Below are positions 32,598-34,713 of a DNA stretch of 34,713 nt, piece after piece (the stretch's first letter is position 1; every line of letters starts with the position of its first letter). The position numbers and the translations under genes were made by a program. Below the pieces are notes generated by a model that was not told the DNA's origin, made no database searches, and saw only the letters and a list, made by a program, of their open reading frames with translations. Origin of the DNA: Guillardia theta CCMP2712 (Eukaryota > Protista > Cryptophyta); assembly GCF_000315625.1 (NCBI RefSeq), contig NW_005434667.1, positions 98,780 through 133,492 of the forward strand, in the 5' to 3' direction.

Positions 32598-34713
32598 ATG
32601 GCGACAGATCAGGTGAGATGAGAGTCTCGCAGAAGAACGGAGGAAGGGAGATGGAAGGGAGAGGAGGAGTCAGAGGACAAGGACGAAGATAGAAGAACTG
32701 GACGGAGTACAAGCAATAGAAGCACTGTAGTCCTTGGGGATGTTGTAAACAGATCCTTGCAAGATAACATTCCATCTGTTTCTGCCTTCCTCTCACTCTC
32801 TCGTTCAGCTCCAGGCAGCCCATCGACTCGTTTGGGTTTCCTTGCAGGATGTGGGCCTAGAAGGTTTCACCGACCGACTAGTCAAACTCTTCGCCGTGTC
32901 CAGGCTAGAGGACGTCCGAAGGCTGTGGCGGGTTGGGCAAGACAGCATCAGCCTGTTCCGTCTCAGCAAGGTTGGTATGACCATGGCAGAGCAGCGCAGG
33001 TTCCTCAGGCACTGCAAGCGCATCCTGCACAGAGGTCCCTCCTCCTTGCTGCGAGATTTCAGATTGATGACCGTCGGACCTTGAGCTTGCAGATGATCAG
33101 GAGACAGTCAACCAGACCGTGTCCTCCTCTCCCAGACGCTATACGCCCCCCCGAGGGAGGATGGCTATCGCCACGTTCAACGACATGTACTCTCCGAGTT
33201 ATCCCAGTGGATCGCAGGTAGGCGATCTACTTTCCCTCCTCCTCCACAGCATCTTCCTCCTCCCTACCTTCTCACGACCTCTTCCTCCACGTCCTCGTGC
33301 TCTTAGCTCTTGCACTTCGTCCTCCCCTCCCCTTCTCCTAGCTTGAATGTTGTTCCTCCTTTACCTCCTCCATGCTCACATTTAGATGACAGACGGAACG
33401 CAAGCATCGACCAGTGCTGTCAAATAGTTCGAACACGCAAGTGCCACGAGAAAATTCGAGTCCTCTCAGAGACGGCAGGAGATTTCTGAGGAAAGGCGGA
33501 TTGGTAGCTCGACTCCTCCTCCTCCTCCTCCTCCTCCTCCTCCTCCTCCTCCTCCTCCTCCTCCTCCTCCTCCTCCTCCTCCTCCTCCTCCTCCTCCTCC
33601 TCCTCCTCCTTGTTTCCTTGATCCTTCATCGCCTCCTCTTCGTGCTTCGTCCTCATGTCCCTCGTCCTCCTACCTCTTCCTTCCTCTTGACCTCCTTGCA
33701 CGCAGGAAGATGTCGGGACCAACCATGAGGAGCATAAGCCTTCTCCTCCCGTGCAGACGCAGAAACCGACAGAGGAGGAGAGGAGGGAGACGGCAACTGA
33801 ACTTGTTATTCCTGATAATGTCATCTATATGCAAGCCAGAGCCCAGCAGTTCCTCTTCGATAGCAAAACGATGATGCTGCGAGCCACGTCTCCCGGTCCT
33901 CTAGCGCGAACCTCGCCCAAGTTAGACAGCCCTCCTCCTGCCATGGCGGATGCGAAGTTGCTCGAGATGGTGAGGGAGCGAGAGAGGAGAGAGGGGAGCA
34001 GAGGAGAGGGGAAAGAATGGAAGAAGGGGAGAGGAGGAGAGAAGGGAAGAGTGGTGATGCTGAACTACTCAGAGAAAGCAAAACGGAATTGAAGATGCGA
34101 AACTCCGGGCGCTGGAGGAAAGGATCACTTCACTTGAGAATCGTAGGGGGGAGGCAGGTGGGACTGAACTGAGCGTGAGCTGCTTGTGGTTGACATGCTC
34201 TGACAGCACAACCCATGGAAGCTCCAGAACTTCAACAGAACGCTGAAGAATCTGACATGATGGAAGACGACATGTCCAGCAAAGGTGCGGCGAGCTCGTT
34301 AAACCTGCGACCTTCTGACGGCGATCCTCTACCTCAGACGTAGTCATGCAGAGCAGGGAGCCCGACAGGTCGGGAGTGAGTGAAATCAGCAGCCTCAACG
34401 TATCCAAGAACACTCTCACCCCAGAGATCTCCACAGAGACGACGCATGAGACGTCACAGGACGACAAACTGGGTGATCAGACCTGGCCGGACCCTCCCGT
34501 CCCCAACGCCCCTCTTGCCCTCAGTCTCCACTTCGCCGCCAAAGTCCCGCGGCTCGACTTGAACAGGATGAGACCCTCGCCTGCTGAACCAAGCGCCACG
34601 TTCTCCCCACGGAGCCAGACGATTACAGAGTGAGTCTCCTCCTTCTGCTCCTCCTCCTGCTCCTCTTCTCCTTCCTCCTGCTCCTCCCTTCCTCTTGTCC
34701 CGCCCCCCCCCCC
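32598..34713 (+). CDS. Multi-exon hypothetical protein with a possible N-terminal SAM-like domain (3' partial)
   Basis: ATG GCG ACA GAT CAG|GTGAG. Exon LQDVGLEGFTDRLVKLFAVSRLEDVRRL...LSKVGMTMAEQRRFLRHCKRI resembles the SAM helical pattern. Later exons include TELVIPDNVIYMQARAQQFLFD, KLRALEERITSLEN and AKVPRLDLNRM, ending at a GTGAGT donor near 34630. Confidence 0.5.
33514..33610. repeat. Intronic (CCT)n microsatellite
   Basis: Long perfect trinucleotide run. Confidence 0.95.

Overview
Eukaryotic nuclear DNA that is gene-dense and intron-rich. Many GT-AG introns are about 45-60 nt, and others are inflated by microsatellites. There are two N gaps. The style resembles a cryptophyte alga (Guillardia/Hanusia-like), which is an inference from intron size and repeat style, not a database result. 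Hand-splicing supports about 10 genes: two hypothetical minus-strand genes, an FCP1/SCP-like HAD phosphatase, an F-BAR protein, a coiled-coil protein, RNPS1/SR45, a family A DNA polymerase (Pol nu/theta-like), a partial SAM-like protein and two unusual fusions. The best candidate for a new system is at 12074-15669 (-). It is a predicted type I membrane receptor with a signal peptide, a periplasmic-binding-protein-like ectodomain, Cys-rich repeats and one TM helix. It splices in frame to a cytoplasmic RelA/SpoT-like nucleotidyltransferase domain, making it a putative receptor alarmone synthetase. The second fusion (about 22846-26167, -) joins a signal peptide, an Ig-like domain, a class I methyltransferase and a CMP-Kdo synthetase (KdsB). 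Most short ORFs in the supplied track are microsatellite or antisense artefacts. All gene models are manual and have no transcript support.
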